Positions 35,698-44,353 of a DNA stretch of 64,000 bases are shown in pieces. Below the pieces are notes generated by a model. The model was not told the origin of the DNA and did no database searches. It saw only the letters and a program-made list of their open reading frames with translations. Position 1 is the first letter of the stretch. Each line of letters begins with the position of its first letter. This DNA comes from Bacteroidales bacterium (GTDB taxonomy: Bacteria; Bacteroidota; Bacteroidia; Bacteroidales; FEN-979), in NCBI GenBank assembly GCA_035505995.1, contig DATJQF010000230.1:194-64193 (forward strand), given 5' to 3'. The translations under genes were made by a program, and so were the position numbers.

Positions 35698-36588
35698 TTA
35701 AAATGAAATATAATCCTTGGGATTCACCGGGTTGCCATCACTCCAGATCTCCAGGTGCAGGTGCGGGCCGGTTGCCAGCTCGCCGCTCTCGCCGATAATG
35801 GCAATGGGATCCCCGGCCCTGACTATATCGCCGGCATGCTTCAGCAGGGCGGAATTATGCTTATAGATCGAGATGATGTTTCCCGGGTGCTGGATCGCGA
35901 TAACATATCCGGTTTGGAGCGTCCACTCACTGAACAGGACGGTTCCGTCGAGGACCGACTTGATCGCTTCATTCTGTTTCGCCACGATATCAACCCCGAA
36001 ATGTCGTTCCGACGGATTAAATTCGGAGGTGATGACCCCCTTCAGCGGGGTGAAAAAAAGGACGCCTCCGAGGGAGAGCTTCTGCGGAAAAGAAGTTTCG
36101 CGGTCTTCCTGCCGGAAAAGGTTATACTTTCCCTGGGTTTCCACCTCCAACCGGAGGAGCGAATCATCCTCGGATTTCTTCAGGCGGATGTTCCCGTACT
36201 TTTTCGTGGTATCCGGCAGGACCGGGCGGTCCTCCTGGAGGTCTTTTCCGTTTATGACATCCTGCAGGTTCTTCAGGAACAGATCTTTCTTCACGAGGGC
36301 TTTCTGAACCGAATCGGTTTTGATCTGGAGCTCGTAGAGCTGCTTCTGCAGGCCCACGTTGGTATACCCCGGGATATATTCCTTGAGCGGCGTGAAGGCA
36401 ATAAGGATCGTGGTCAGGAAGATCAGGATGATCGTCAGCGTACCCAGCGCGATAAAGACATTCAGACGGGACAGCCTGAAAGTCAGCCTTTCTTCCAGGG
36501 TACTGTCGTTCATCAGCACCAGCCGGTATTTATTGCGCAGCTTTTTATACCAGCGGGTCTTTTTTCTTTCCCCGGTTGCGGATGCCAT
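35698..36588 (-). CDS. M23 family metallopeptidase (membrane-anchored)
   Basis: N-terminal TM segment. C-terminal HFGVDI...HPGNIISIYKHNS...GPHLHLEIW is the LytM/M23 catalytic signature. Confidence 0.8.
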   Translation of the reverse strand: MASATGERKKTRWYKKLRNKYRLVLMNDSTLEERLTFRLSRLNVFIALGTLTIILIFLTTILIAFTPLKEYIPGYTNVGLQKQLYELQIKTDSVQKALVKKDLFLKNLQDVINGKDLQEDRPVLPDTTKKYGNIRLKKSEDDSLLRLEVETQGKYNLFRQEDRETSFPQKLSLGGVLFFTPLKGVITSEFNPSERHFGVDIVAKQNEAIKSVLDGTVLFSEWTLQTGYVIAIQHPGNIISIYKHNSALLKHAGDIVRAGDPIAIIGESGELATGPHLHLEIWSDGNPVNPKDYISF

Positions 36589-36704
36589 TCGTTCCTTTCT
36601 TTAGCGGGTGCAAATTTCGCAAAAAATACGGAACCGGCGTAATGAAAGGTGAACAAGGGCGGAGTTGCCGTAAATAATTGTCCCGCTGAATCAAAAATTT
36701 AAAA

Positions 36705-36712
36705 TATTTTTG
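36705..36712 (+). promoter_or_regulatory. -7 box TATTTTTG, porW/sprE-like gene
   Basis: Exact motif 39 nt upstream of the TTG start at 36752. Confidence 0.5.
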
Positions 36713-36751
36713 CAGAAATTCTGTTACTTAATATATTAATCCTGTTCCGAT

Positions 36752-39433
36752 TTGATCCGTACGAGAACATACCCAGTTTTAACGGGCATCACGTTTCTCC
36801 TGGTTTTCCTTTTCCTGGCCTCCTGCTCTACCAAAAAGAATACGTTCACCCGGCGGGTGTACCATAATCTTACCGCGCATTATAATGTTTACTGGAACGG
36901 GATGGACAATTTCCGGACCGCGGTCAAGGATTATACGCTCAATGCCAAGGATAATTATGCGATGGTGCTCCCGGTCTTTAATTTCGCTGATAAATCGGCA
37001 GCCACCAAGATGGGTCAGTACGCGGATATCACCATCAAGAAATCCTCCAAGACGATCCAGAAGCATTCGATGATGTTCAGCGGGAAGGAATATGTCCGTT
37101 GGATCGACGACGCCTATATGCTGATCGGCAAATCCTATTTCTATAAGATGGATTACCCGATGGCGCGGAGGACCTTCGAATTCATCATCAAAACTTACAA
37201 TAAGAACGATATCAAGTACGAAGCGATGGTCTGGCAGGCTCTTTCCAATATCCAGCTGGGAGATTTCAACCGGGCGGAGCCGATGCTGGACATGGTGATG
37301 AGCAAGATCAAGAAAGGGGAAGCCCCCGACAAATACGAGATCCTGACCAACCTTGCCTACGCCCAGTTCTTCATCGCCCAGAAACAATACCCGGCATCGG
37401 TGGAATTCATCAACCGGGCCCTGGAACTCAACCCGAAGCGGGACATCAAGACCCGCTGCTATTTCATCCTGGCCCAGATCCACCAGATGAACGGGGAATC
37501 CGCGCAGGCAGCCACCCTGTACAAGCTGGTCATCAAGCGGACTCCTTCCTTCGATATGGAGTTCAATGCCAAGATCAACCTTGCCGAATGTTATGATTCC
37601 TCGGCAGGCGACCGGGAATATATCGTCAAGAAGCTTCAGAAAATGCTGAAGGATGATAAGAACAAGGATCACCTGGATCAGGTCTATTACGCCCTTGCAC
37701 AGATCTATATCAAGGACCGCGATACGGTCACTACCTCAGGCTACCTGCAGAAATCCGTCGCCACGAGCAAAGTGAACAAATACCAGAAAGCGATCTCCTC
37801 GCTGCAGCTGGCCGATATCTTTTTCGCCCAGAAGAACTACAAGCTTGCCCAGGCCTATTACGACAGCACCATGCAGTTCCTGCCGCCGGACTATCCCGAT
37901 TTCCAGCAGCTCAAGAAAAAGACGCAGACCCTGACCGACCTGGTGACCAACCTGCAGGTGATCGAGCGCGAGGACAGCCTGCAGCACCTGGCCTCCTTAC
38001 CGGAGAATATGCGGAACCAGGTGGTCGATAAGATCATCGCCGATCTGCTCGCCCAGGATATGAAGAAGCAGCAGGAAGAGCAGCAGTTGCAGGACAATCG
38101 AAATTTCTTCGGACCGGGGAGCCAGAATAATACGAATCTCACTCCTTCCGGCGGACCCGGGGTGGGGTCCTGGTATTTCTATAATCCTGCCGCCCTGTCG
38201 AACGGGTTCAGTAATTTCGTCCGCCAGTGGGGCCGGAGGAAAAACGAGGACCTCTGGTTCCTTTCCGACAAGAATGTGGTCACCTTCGCGAACGAAACTC
38301 CGCCGGAGGACACGACAACCGTTTCCACCGATACCACGCACGGCAAAAAGGTCATTTCGAGAAGCACCAACCCGAAGGACCGGAAATATTACCTGCAGGA
38401 TATTCCCTCCACACCGGAAATGATCACGGCGTCCAATAACAAGATGATTCAGGCCTATTATAACCTGGGATTTATTTATGTGGAAGGCCTGGGCGACTAT
38501 CAGCGCTCGATTGAATCCTTTGAAAAGCTGCTGGAACGGTTCCCCGACAACAAATACCGCATCGCCTGCTGCTACAAGCTGCATGATCTTTACCATACCC
38601 TCGGCAATGACGAGAAGAGCGACTATTACAAGAATCTTCTGCTGTCGAAATATCCGGAATCCGATTTTGCCAGGCTGCTGGTGAACCCCGATTACTATAA
38701 GGATATCCAGGCCCGTCAGAAGGAGGCCGGCTCGCTGTATACCGATACCTATACCGCCTTCCTGAACCAGCAGTATTATATGGTGATCAACAACTGCGAG
38801 CTTGCCGTGAAAAAATACCGTTCGGATTCGGTGCTGATGCCGAAATTCGAGTACCTGAAGGCCCTGTCGACCGGTAAAATTGATGTGGAGGATTCCATGG
38901 TAGCCTCCCTGAAAAGGATCATTTCGAAGTACCCGAAAAGTGACGTCGTGCCGCTGGCCCAGAATATCCTGGATTATGTGAAGCGTCAGAAATCCGGAGC
39001 CGGCACCGGCGGGGGTGTCGCCGATACCACCGGGGGGATCGAGGAACCGGTGAACCTTCCCTACACCTATAACCCGAACTCGGTTCATTTCTATGTCCTG
39101 ATCGTGAATAACAGCAGCACCGACGTCAATGCACAGAAGGTCAAGATCGCCGATTTCGACGACCGGTTTTACGACCTCGAAAACCTGGAGGTGAGCAGCA
39201 TTTTGCTGGAAGGGAACCAGGAAATGATCACCGTCAACAGCTTCCCGAACGGCGAGAAAGCCATGTCGTATTTCGAGAATATCAGGGAGAATAAATATGT
39301 ATTCACGAAGCTGGAGGGCATCGGCGGCTATTCCGATTTCGTGATCTCCGCCGAGAACTATCCCATTTTCTACCGGAGCAAGGATATAGGCCAATACCAG
39401 CGGTTCTTCAAAAAGAATTACCAGCATCAATAA
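36752..39433 (+). CDS. porW: TPR-repeat lipoprotein, PorW/SprE-like type IX secretion component
   Basis: 893 aa with a TTG start. Lipobox LASCSTKKNTFTRRVYHNLTAHYNVYWNG resembles the SprE/PorW N-terminus (from memory). Multiple TPR-like repeats. Confidence 0.6.
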   Translation: MIRTRTYPVLTGITFLLVFLFLASCSTKKNTFTRRVYHNLTAHYNVYWNGMDNFRTAVKDYTLNAKDNYAMVLPVFNFADKSAATKMGQYADITIKKSSKTIQKHSMMFSGKEYVRWIDDAYMLIGKSYFYKMDYPMARRTFEFIIKTYNKNDIKYEAMVWQALSNIQLGDFNRAEPMLDMVMSKIKKGEAPDKYEILTNLAYAQFFIAQKQYPASVEFINRALELNPKRDIKTRCYFILAQIHQMNGESAQAATLYKLVIKRTPSFDMEFNAKINLAECYDSSAGDREYIVKKLQKMLKDDKNKDHLDQVYYALAQIYIKDRDTVTTSGYLQKSVATSKVNKYQKAISSLQLADIFFAQKNYKLAQAYYDSTMQFLPPDYPDFQQLKKKTQTLTDLVTNLQVIEREDSLQHLASLPENMRNQVVDKIIADLLAQDMKKQQEEQQLQDNRNFFGPGSQNNTNLTPSGGPGVGSWYFYNPAALSNGFSNFVRQWGRRKNEDLWFLSDKNVVTFANETPPEDTTTVSTDTTHGKKVISRSTNPKDRKYYLQDIPSTPEMITASNNKMIQAYYNLGFIYVEGLGDYQRSIESFEKLLERFPDNKYRIACCYKLHDLYHTLGNDEKSDYYKNLLLSKYPESDFARLLVNPDYYKDIQARQKEAGSLYTDTYTAFLNQQYYMVINNCELAVKKYRSDSVLMPKFEYLKALSTGKIDVEDSMVASLKRIISKYPKSDVVPLAQNILDYVKRQKSGAGTGGGVADTTGGIEEPVNLPYTYNPNSVHFYVLIVNNSSTDVNAQKVKIADFDDRFYDLENLEVSSILLEGNQEMITVNSFPNGEKAMSYFENIRENKYVFTKLEGIGGYSDFVISAENYPIFYRSKDIGQYQRFFKKNYQHQ

Positions 39434-39448
39434 TCCGGGTTTTTATCT

Positions 39449-39456
39449 TACATTTG
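39449..39456 (+). promoter_or_regulatory. -7 box TACATTTG, bactofilin gene
   Basis: Exact motif 21 nt upstream of ATG 39478. Confidence 0.5.
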
Positions 39457-39477
39457 ATACCCTTATAGTTACATCCC

Positions 39478-39885
39478 ATGATCAAAGGAAAAGAAAACGA
39501 AGTTCCCTCCATCAACCTGCTGGGCGCAGGCACCGTCGTTAAAGGCGAGATCAAGCTGAACGGCGATTTCCGGATCGACGGAACATTCATCGGAACCATC
39601 CACTGCAAAGGAAAGGTCGTTGTCGGAACGACGGGGGTCATCGAGGGGGAGATCAACTGCCAGAACGCGGATTTCTCCGGGGAAGTAAAAGCCACCGTGA
39701 AAGTCAGCGAACTGTTAACCCTCAAGGAAACAGCTAAATTCACAGGGGATATCACCACGAACAAGCTGTCGATCGAGCCCGGGGCAAAGTTCTCCGGAAA
39801 CTGCATTATGGAGGGCTCCCTGACAAAACCTGCAATGCCGCCTCTCCGACCCGATGAACCCCGATCCAAAGAAACGGTGGCCTGA
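39478..39885 (+). CDS. bactofilin family polymer-forming cytoskeletal protein
   Basis: Repeating beta-helix pattern VVKGEIKLNGDFRIDGTFIGTI...VVVGTTGVIEGEI...GDITTNKLSIEPGAKFSG. Confidence 0.8.
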   Translation: MIKGKENEVPSINLLGAGTVVKGEIKLNGDFRIDGTFIGTIHCKGKVVVGTTGVIEGEINCQNADFSGEVKATVKVSELLTLKETAKFTGDITTNKLSIEPGAKFSGNCIMEGSLTKPAMPPLRPDEPRSKETVA

Positions 39886-40069
39886 GGAATATGCCCGGTA
39901 TTCCAGCATTGCCTTTCAGATGCTGGCCATTATCCTGCTCGGCGTCTTTGCAGGATATAAGTTGGATCATTGGCTGCATACCCGGCCCCTGCTGATCATT
40001 ATCTTTTCTTTCGGCTCCGTGATCCTGGCGATCTATTTCGTCACCCGGGATCTGCTGAGGAAAAAGTGA
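39854..40069 (+). CDS. AtpZ/AtpI-like small membrane protein
   Basis: 71 aa. YSSIAFQMLAIILLGVFAGYKLDHWLHTRP matches the ATPase_gene1 (AtpZ) pattern. Overlaps the bactofilin 3' end by 32 nt. Confidence 0.6.
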   Translation: MNPDPKKRWPEEYARYSSIAFQMLAIILLGVFAGYKLDHWLHTRPLLIIIFSFGSVILAIYFVTRDLLRKK

Positions 40070-40091
40070 ATCCCGCCGTGCAATTTTCCTT

Positions 40092-40099
40092 TACTTTTG
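40092..40099 (+). promoter_or_regulatory. -7 box TACTTTTG, 129-aa membrane protein gene (leaderless-type spacing)
   Basis: Exact motif ending 4 nt before ATG 40104. Confidence 0.4.
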
Positions 40100-40103
40100 C
40101 GAC

Positions 40104-40493
40104 ATGAAACCCATCCTGCTTTCTTTCACGCGGAACCTGGCCATTCTCGCCCTGGTCCTGGGAGTTGTCATTACGGTCCTGTACTTCCTCTTGCCCCATT
40201 CTTATTTCACCCCGGCACTGCCCTGGCTTTTTATCTTTTTCCTTACCGTCACGTTCGCCGGATTCTGGGTGCTGATCTATGCCACACGGGGGAAATTCAT
40301 CCGGTTCCTGAACCTTTACCTGCTCACTACGATCGTAAAGCTGGTCTTCTTTATCGGCATCCTGGTGGCTTACCTGTTCGTTTACCGGAAAGATGCCGTA
40401 CCGTTCGGGCTCTGGTTTTTCATCCTGTACCTGGTATTTACCTTCTTCGAGGCGGTCGCCCTGATCTCCTATTCGAAAAAACTGCAGACCTGA
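40104..40493 (+). CDS. hypothetical 4-TM membrane protein
   Basis: 129-aa hydrophobic ORF. A -7 box ends 4 nt before the ATG. No family assignment. Confidence 0.5.
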   Translation: MKPILLSFTRNLAILALVLGVVITVLYFLLPHSYFTPALPWLFIFFLTVTFAGFWVLIYATRGKFIRFLNLYLLTTIVKLVFFIGILVAYLFVYRKDAVPFGLWFFILYLVFTFFEAVALISYSKKLQT

Positions 40494-40496
40494 ACC

Positions 40497-41537
40497 GTGA
40501 GAACCTCTGGCAAAAAATATCTCAGGATCCCGGGGATTCTGCTCCTGCTTTTTGCTTTTTTGCCGGCTCGTCCACAGCCTTCCGTTGCCACCGATAGCGT
40601 GGTCCCCCGCATCGACAGCAATTATATTGCCGACTACACGAATCTTCTTACGGCAAGGTTATACCTGCTGGACGAGAATTCCTCCTTCGTTTTCATAAAA
40701 GAGGCCAATCACCAGATCGTCTATAAGCCCAATGTCAATTTCAGGATTGGGATTGCAGGATTCTACAAATGGTTCGGATTGGGGGTCTCCGTCAAGAGTC
40801 CTTTGCTGGAAAGGAACACCTCGAAGTACGGCACTACCAGCTCCCTCGACCTCAGGATCAACGCGTATGGCAACCAGTTCGCCGGGGAGCTGTTCTTTCA
40901 GAGCTATAAGGGATTTTATATCAGTACCCCGGTGGCGGAAGACGGCTCCTTCTATAAAGTTCCTTCCATGATGCTTTGGTCGGCCGGGGCGACCGGGTAC
41001 TGGATCCTGAATTACCACCGGTTCTCGATCCGCGCCGCCTTCATTCAGAACGAAAGGCAGAAGAAAAGCGCCGGCAGCCTGATCATCAGTCCTTTCTTCT
41101 ATTACTACAGCATTCAATCCCCGGGCGGCATCCTCCCCCAGGAGCTGATCAATGATTACCAGATCCGCAATTATGAGATCCTCACCAGCGGGGATTTTTA
41201 TGCGTTCGGACTGGCACCGGGGTACACGTATTCCTTCATCTTCCTGAAGTATTTCTATATCAATGCGGCGCTTTCCCCCGGGGTTTACTGGCAGCACGCT
41301 TCCTATAACACCCTGGCGGCGCCGAATACCACCCTGGACATCTCCTTCTTCCTGAACGGAAGGCTGGCTGCGGGCTACAATAACGGGAAATGGTTCATCG
41401 GCCTTTCCGTGATCACGGGTTTCAGCGATATTCCCTCTTTGTACGCCGGCTCCAAATTTTATTATAATGTCACGCAGATGCGGCTGTGGGGGGGCACGCG
41501 CTTCGACTGGTTCCGGAAAAAATCAAAAAAATTATAG
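40497..41537 (+). CDS. predicted outer-membrane beta-barrel protein (DUF4421-like)
   Basis: GTG start, signal peptide, alternating aromatic/hydrophobic strands and a terminal aromatic-rich segment. Family name recalled from memory. Confidence 0.45.
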   Translation: MRTSGKKYLRIPGILLLLFAFLPARPQPSVATDSVVPRIDSNYIADYTNLLTARLYLLDENSSFVFIKEANHQIVYKPNVNFRIGIAGFYKWFGLGVSVKSPLLERNTSKYGTTSSLDLRINAYGNQFAGELFFQSYKGFYISTPVAEDGSFYKVPSMMLWSAGATGYWILNYHRFSIRAAFIQNERQKKSAGSLIISPFFYYYSIQSPGGILPQELINDYQIRNYEILTSGDFYAFGLAPGYTYSFIFLKYFYINAALSPGVYWQHASYNTLAAPNTTLDISFFLNGRLAAGYNNGKWFIGLSVITGFSDIPSLYAGSKFYYNVTQMRLWGGTRFDWFRKKSKKL

Positions 41538-41545
41538 TACCTTTG
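41538..41545 (+). promoter_or_regulatory. -7 box TACCTTTG, PTPS-folE pair
   Basis: Exact motif 16 nt upstream of ATG 41562. Confidence 0.5.
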
Positions 41546-41561
41546 CAGGCTTTTTAAACGG

Positions 41562-41975
41562 ATGGTTTACCTGACCCGCAAAGAACGGTTCAATGCAGCG
41601 CACCGGCTGTTCCGGGAGGAATATTCCGACGAGGAAAATTTCCGCATTTTCGGAAAATGCTCCAACCCGCTCTGGCATGGTCATAATTATACGCTGTACA
41701 TCACCGTGAAAGGCCCGGTGAACCCCCGTACGGGTTTTGTGATGGACCTGCGGATCCTGAGCCGGCTGATCCAGGAACGGGTGATCGAAAAAGTAGATCA
41801 CCGGAACCTGAACCTGGAAGTGGATTTCATGAAAGGCAGGCTGGCCTCCACCGAGAACCTGGCCATGGCGATCTGGCAGGAGCTGGACGGGGAGATCCGA
41901 AAGGAAGGAGCACAGCTGCATTCGGTAAAGATCGAAGAAACGGAGAATAATTCTTTTGAATATTTCGGAGACTGA
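41562..41975 (+). CDS. 6-pyruvoyl-tetrahydropterin synthase family protein, Cx5HGH (PTPS-II-like) type
   Basis: COG0720 fold: [19 protein letters not shown] (Cys-x5-HGH) and VDHRNLN. Directly upstream of folE. Confidence 0.8.
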   Translation: MVYLTRKERFNAAHRLFREEYSDEENFRIFGKCSNPLWHGHNYTLYITVKGPVNPRTGFVMDLRILSRLIQERVIEKVDHRNLNLEVDFMKGRLASTENLAMAIWQELDGEIRKEGAQLHSVKIEETENNSFEYFGD

Positions 41976-41997
41976 GAGAAACAGCCTGAAACCAACT

Positions 41998-42609
41998 ATG
42001 ACAGAAAAAAAATTAAGCTACGAGAAATCCGAGGAGTTCGATCCCCAGAAGCTGGCCGACTTAAGTATGCATTACCGGGAGATCCTCCGGTTGATCGGCG
42101 AGAACCCCGACCGGGAAGGATTGCTGAAGACCCCGGAGCGGGTGGCCAAGGCCATCCAGTTCCTGACGCAGGGCTATGACCTCGATCCGGTGGATATCCT
42201 CTCCTCCGCCAAGTTCCGGGAAGACTACCGCGAAATGGTGATCGTCAAGGATATCGAGATCTATTCGCTCTGCGAGCATCATATGATCCCGTTCATCGGC
42301 AAAGCGCATGTGGCGTATATCCCTGACAAGTATATCACCGGGCTGAGCAAGATCGCCCGGGTGGTGGAGATCTATGCCCGGCGGCTCCAGGTGCAGGAGC
42401 GCCTCACCACGCAGATCAAGTCGGCCATTCATGAAACCCTGAAGCCCCTCGGCGTGGCAGTGGTCATCGAGGCCCAGCATCTGTGCATGTCGATGCGGGG
42501 GATCCAGAAACAGAATTCGGTCACTACCACTTCCGATTTTGTGGGAGCGTTCGAGCGGGAGACCACCCGGAGCGAATTCCTCCGGCTGATCTCAACGAAA
42601 CTTCACTGA
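41998..42609 (+). CDS. folE: GTP cyclohydrolase I
   Basis: [29 protein letters not shown] and QVQERLT motifs. Start trimmed to MTEKKLSY to avoid overlap with the upstream gene. Confidence 0.9.
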   Translation: MTEKKLSYEKSEEFDPQKLADLSMHYREILRLIGENPDREGLLKTPERVAKAIQFLTQGYDLDPVDILSSAKFREDYREMVIVKDIEIYSLCEHHMIPFIGKAHVAYIPDKYITGLSKIARVVEIYARRLQVQERLTTQIKSAIHETLKPLGVAVVIEAQHLCMSMRGIQKQNSVTTTSDFVGAFERETTRSEFLRLISTKLH

Positions 42610-42656
42610 CAGTAAATGTTCAACAACAAATCTTAAGGTAAAAAGGAGATATTCGT

Positions 42657-43394
42657 ATGGCAGATATTCAAAATCAGGGCACTTATTACCCCAGATCTTC
42701 CGAAGAGACCGGGGTGATCGCCAGGTCCTTCATGTCGCAGGTGTTTACCTGGATGACCGTGGCCATGTTGCTGACAGCGGTAACGGCTTACCTGTTCGCC
42801 TCCTCCCCGTCCCTGATCGCAAGCCTGGTCAACTTCCAGACCGGCCGGATGACCGGATTGGGCTGGATCGTTACCCTGGCGCCGATCGGATTTGTCCTGC
42901 TGATGTCATTCGGTTTCCAGCGCCTCTCGCCTTCCGCGATGGTGCTGCTGTTCCTGGCATTTTCCGTCCTGATGGGGATGAGCCTGAGCTTCATCCTGCT
43001 CGTGTATACGGCAGCTTCGGTTTTCAAGACCTTTGCAGTCACGGCAGGGATGTTCGGGGTAATGGCTGTTATAGGATATACCACCAAGACCGACCTGACC
43101 CGGTTCGGCTCGATCATGATCATGGGTCTGTGGGGAATCATCCTGGCCATGATCGTGAATTTCTTCCTGAAGAGCCCCACGCTGGATTATATCGTAAGCA
43201 TCATCGGGGTGCTGGTATTCACGGGCCTCACCGCCTACGATGTGCAGAAGCTGAAGAAGATCGGGGCCGGCATCGGGGTCGAAATGCAGGATCCTTCCGT
43301 CCGCAAGCTCAGCATCATGGGAGCGCTCACGCTCTACCTCGATTTCATCAACCTCTTCCTGTTCCTGCTGAGGTTCCTGGGGAATCGCAAGTAA
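42657..43394 (+). CDS. Bax inhibitor-1/YccA family membrane protein
   Basis: 245 aa with 7 TM segments and FMSQVFTWMTVAMLLTAV. The C-terminal pattern LYLDFINLFLFLLRFLG is typical of the BI-1 family. Confidence 0.85.
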   Translation: MADIQNQGTYYPRSSEETGVIARSFMSQVFTWMTVAMLLTAVTAYLFASSPSLIASLVNFQTGRMTGLGWIVTLAPIGFVLLMSFGFQRLSPSAMVLLFLAFSVLMGMSLSFILLVYTAASVFKTFAVTAGMFGVMAVIGYTTKTDLTRFGSIMIMGLWGIILAMIVNFFLKSPTLDYIVSIIGVLVFTGLTAYDVQKLKKIGAGIGVEMQDPSVRKLSIMGALTLYLDFINLFLFLLRFLGNRK

Positions 43395-43402
43395 TAGAAA
43401 GG

Positions 43403-43458
43403 AACCCTAAACCCTAAACCCTAAACTCTAAACCCTAAACCCCAAACCACCAACCACC
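43403..43458. repeat. heptanucleotide tandem array (AACCCTA)x8 with degenerate 3' units; telomere-like
   Basis: AACCCTA x3, AACTCTA, AACCCTA, AACCCCA, AACCACC x2. Ends 4 nt before the fabD ATG. The plus strand has no G from 43403 to 43464. Confidence 0.95.
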
Positions 43459-43462
43459 TCCC

Positions 43463-44338
43463 ATGAAAGCATACGTCTTCCCCGGGCAGGGCGCCCAGTT
43501 TCCCGGTATGGGAAAAGACCTTTATGAGAAATTTCCGCAGGCGAAGGATCTTTTTGAGAAAGCCAACGTGATCCTCGGGTTCCGGATCACCGACCTGATG
43601 TTCGGCGGCACTGAGGAAGATCTCCGCCAGACCAAGGTCACCCAGCCCGCCATTTTCCTTCATTCGGTGATCCTGGCTTCCACGCTGGGCGACAGCTTTA
43701 AACCCGATATGGTGGCCGGTCATTCGCTTGGAGAATTTTCCTCGCTGGTCGCCAACCAGGCGCTTTCATTTGAAGACGGGTTGAAACTGGTCGCCGCACG
43801 CGCCCATGCCATGCAGAAAGCCTGCGAAGCACAGCCTTCCACGATGGCGGCCATCCTTGGACTGGAGGATGCCAAAGTAGAGGAGATCTGCAAAAGCATT
43901 GACGATGTGGTGGTCCCGGCCAATTATAACAGTCCCGGACAACTGGTGATTTCAGGCTCGGAAAGAGGCATTGCCCTCGCTTGTGAACAATTAAAGGCAG
44001 CCGGCGCCCGCAGAGCCCTACCGCTTAAAGTTGGCGGTGCCTTTCATTCCCCGTTCATGGAGCCCGCAAGGGTGGAGCTTGCAGCCGCCATCGAGGCGAC
44101 ACATTTCAATCAGCCGGTTTGTCCCGTTTATCAGAATGCGACCGCACAAAGGGTCACCGATCCTGCCGTCATCAGGCAAAACCTGGTTGCTCAACTTACC
44201 GCACCGGTCCTCTGGACACAGATCGTTCAGAACATGATCGCCGACGGGGCAACGGAATTTATCGAAGTCGGACCCGGAAATGTGCTGCAGGGATTGATCT
44301 CAAAGATCGGGAAAGGGGTTCAGGTCTCCGGGGCCTGA
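43463..44338 (+). CDS. fabD: ACP S-malonyltransferase
   Basis: VFPGQGAQFPGMG, AGHSLGEFS and GAFHSPFM motifs. Confidence 0.95.
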   Translation: MKAYVFPGQGAQFPGMGKDLYEKFPQAKDLFEKANVILGFRITDLMFGGTEEDLRQTKVTQPAIFLHSVILASTLGDSFKPDMVAGHSLGEFSSLVANQALSFEDGLKLVAARAHAMQKACEAQPSTMAAILGLEDAKVEEICKSIDDVVVPANYNSPGQLVISGSERGIALACEQLKAAGARRALPLKVGGAFHSPFMEPARVELAAAIEATHFNQPVCPVYQNATAQRVTDPAVIRQNLVAQLTAPVLWTQIVQNMIADGATEFIEVGPGNVLQGLISKIGKGVQVSGA

Positions 44339-44353
44339 GATTTCTGCGGAAAA

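Noticed and set aside
43403-43458. The (CCCTAAA)n telomere repeat as evidence of eukaryotic contamination, a chimeric contig or a linear replicon end.
   Set aside because: Only about 8 units are present, decaying into AACCACC. They are embedded seamlessly between two bacterial genes on the same strand with matching composition and operon-like spacing. A read-level check is still recommended.
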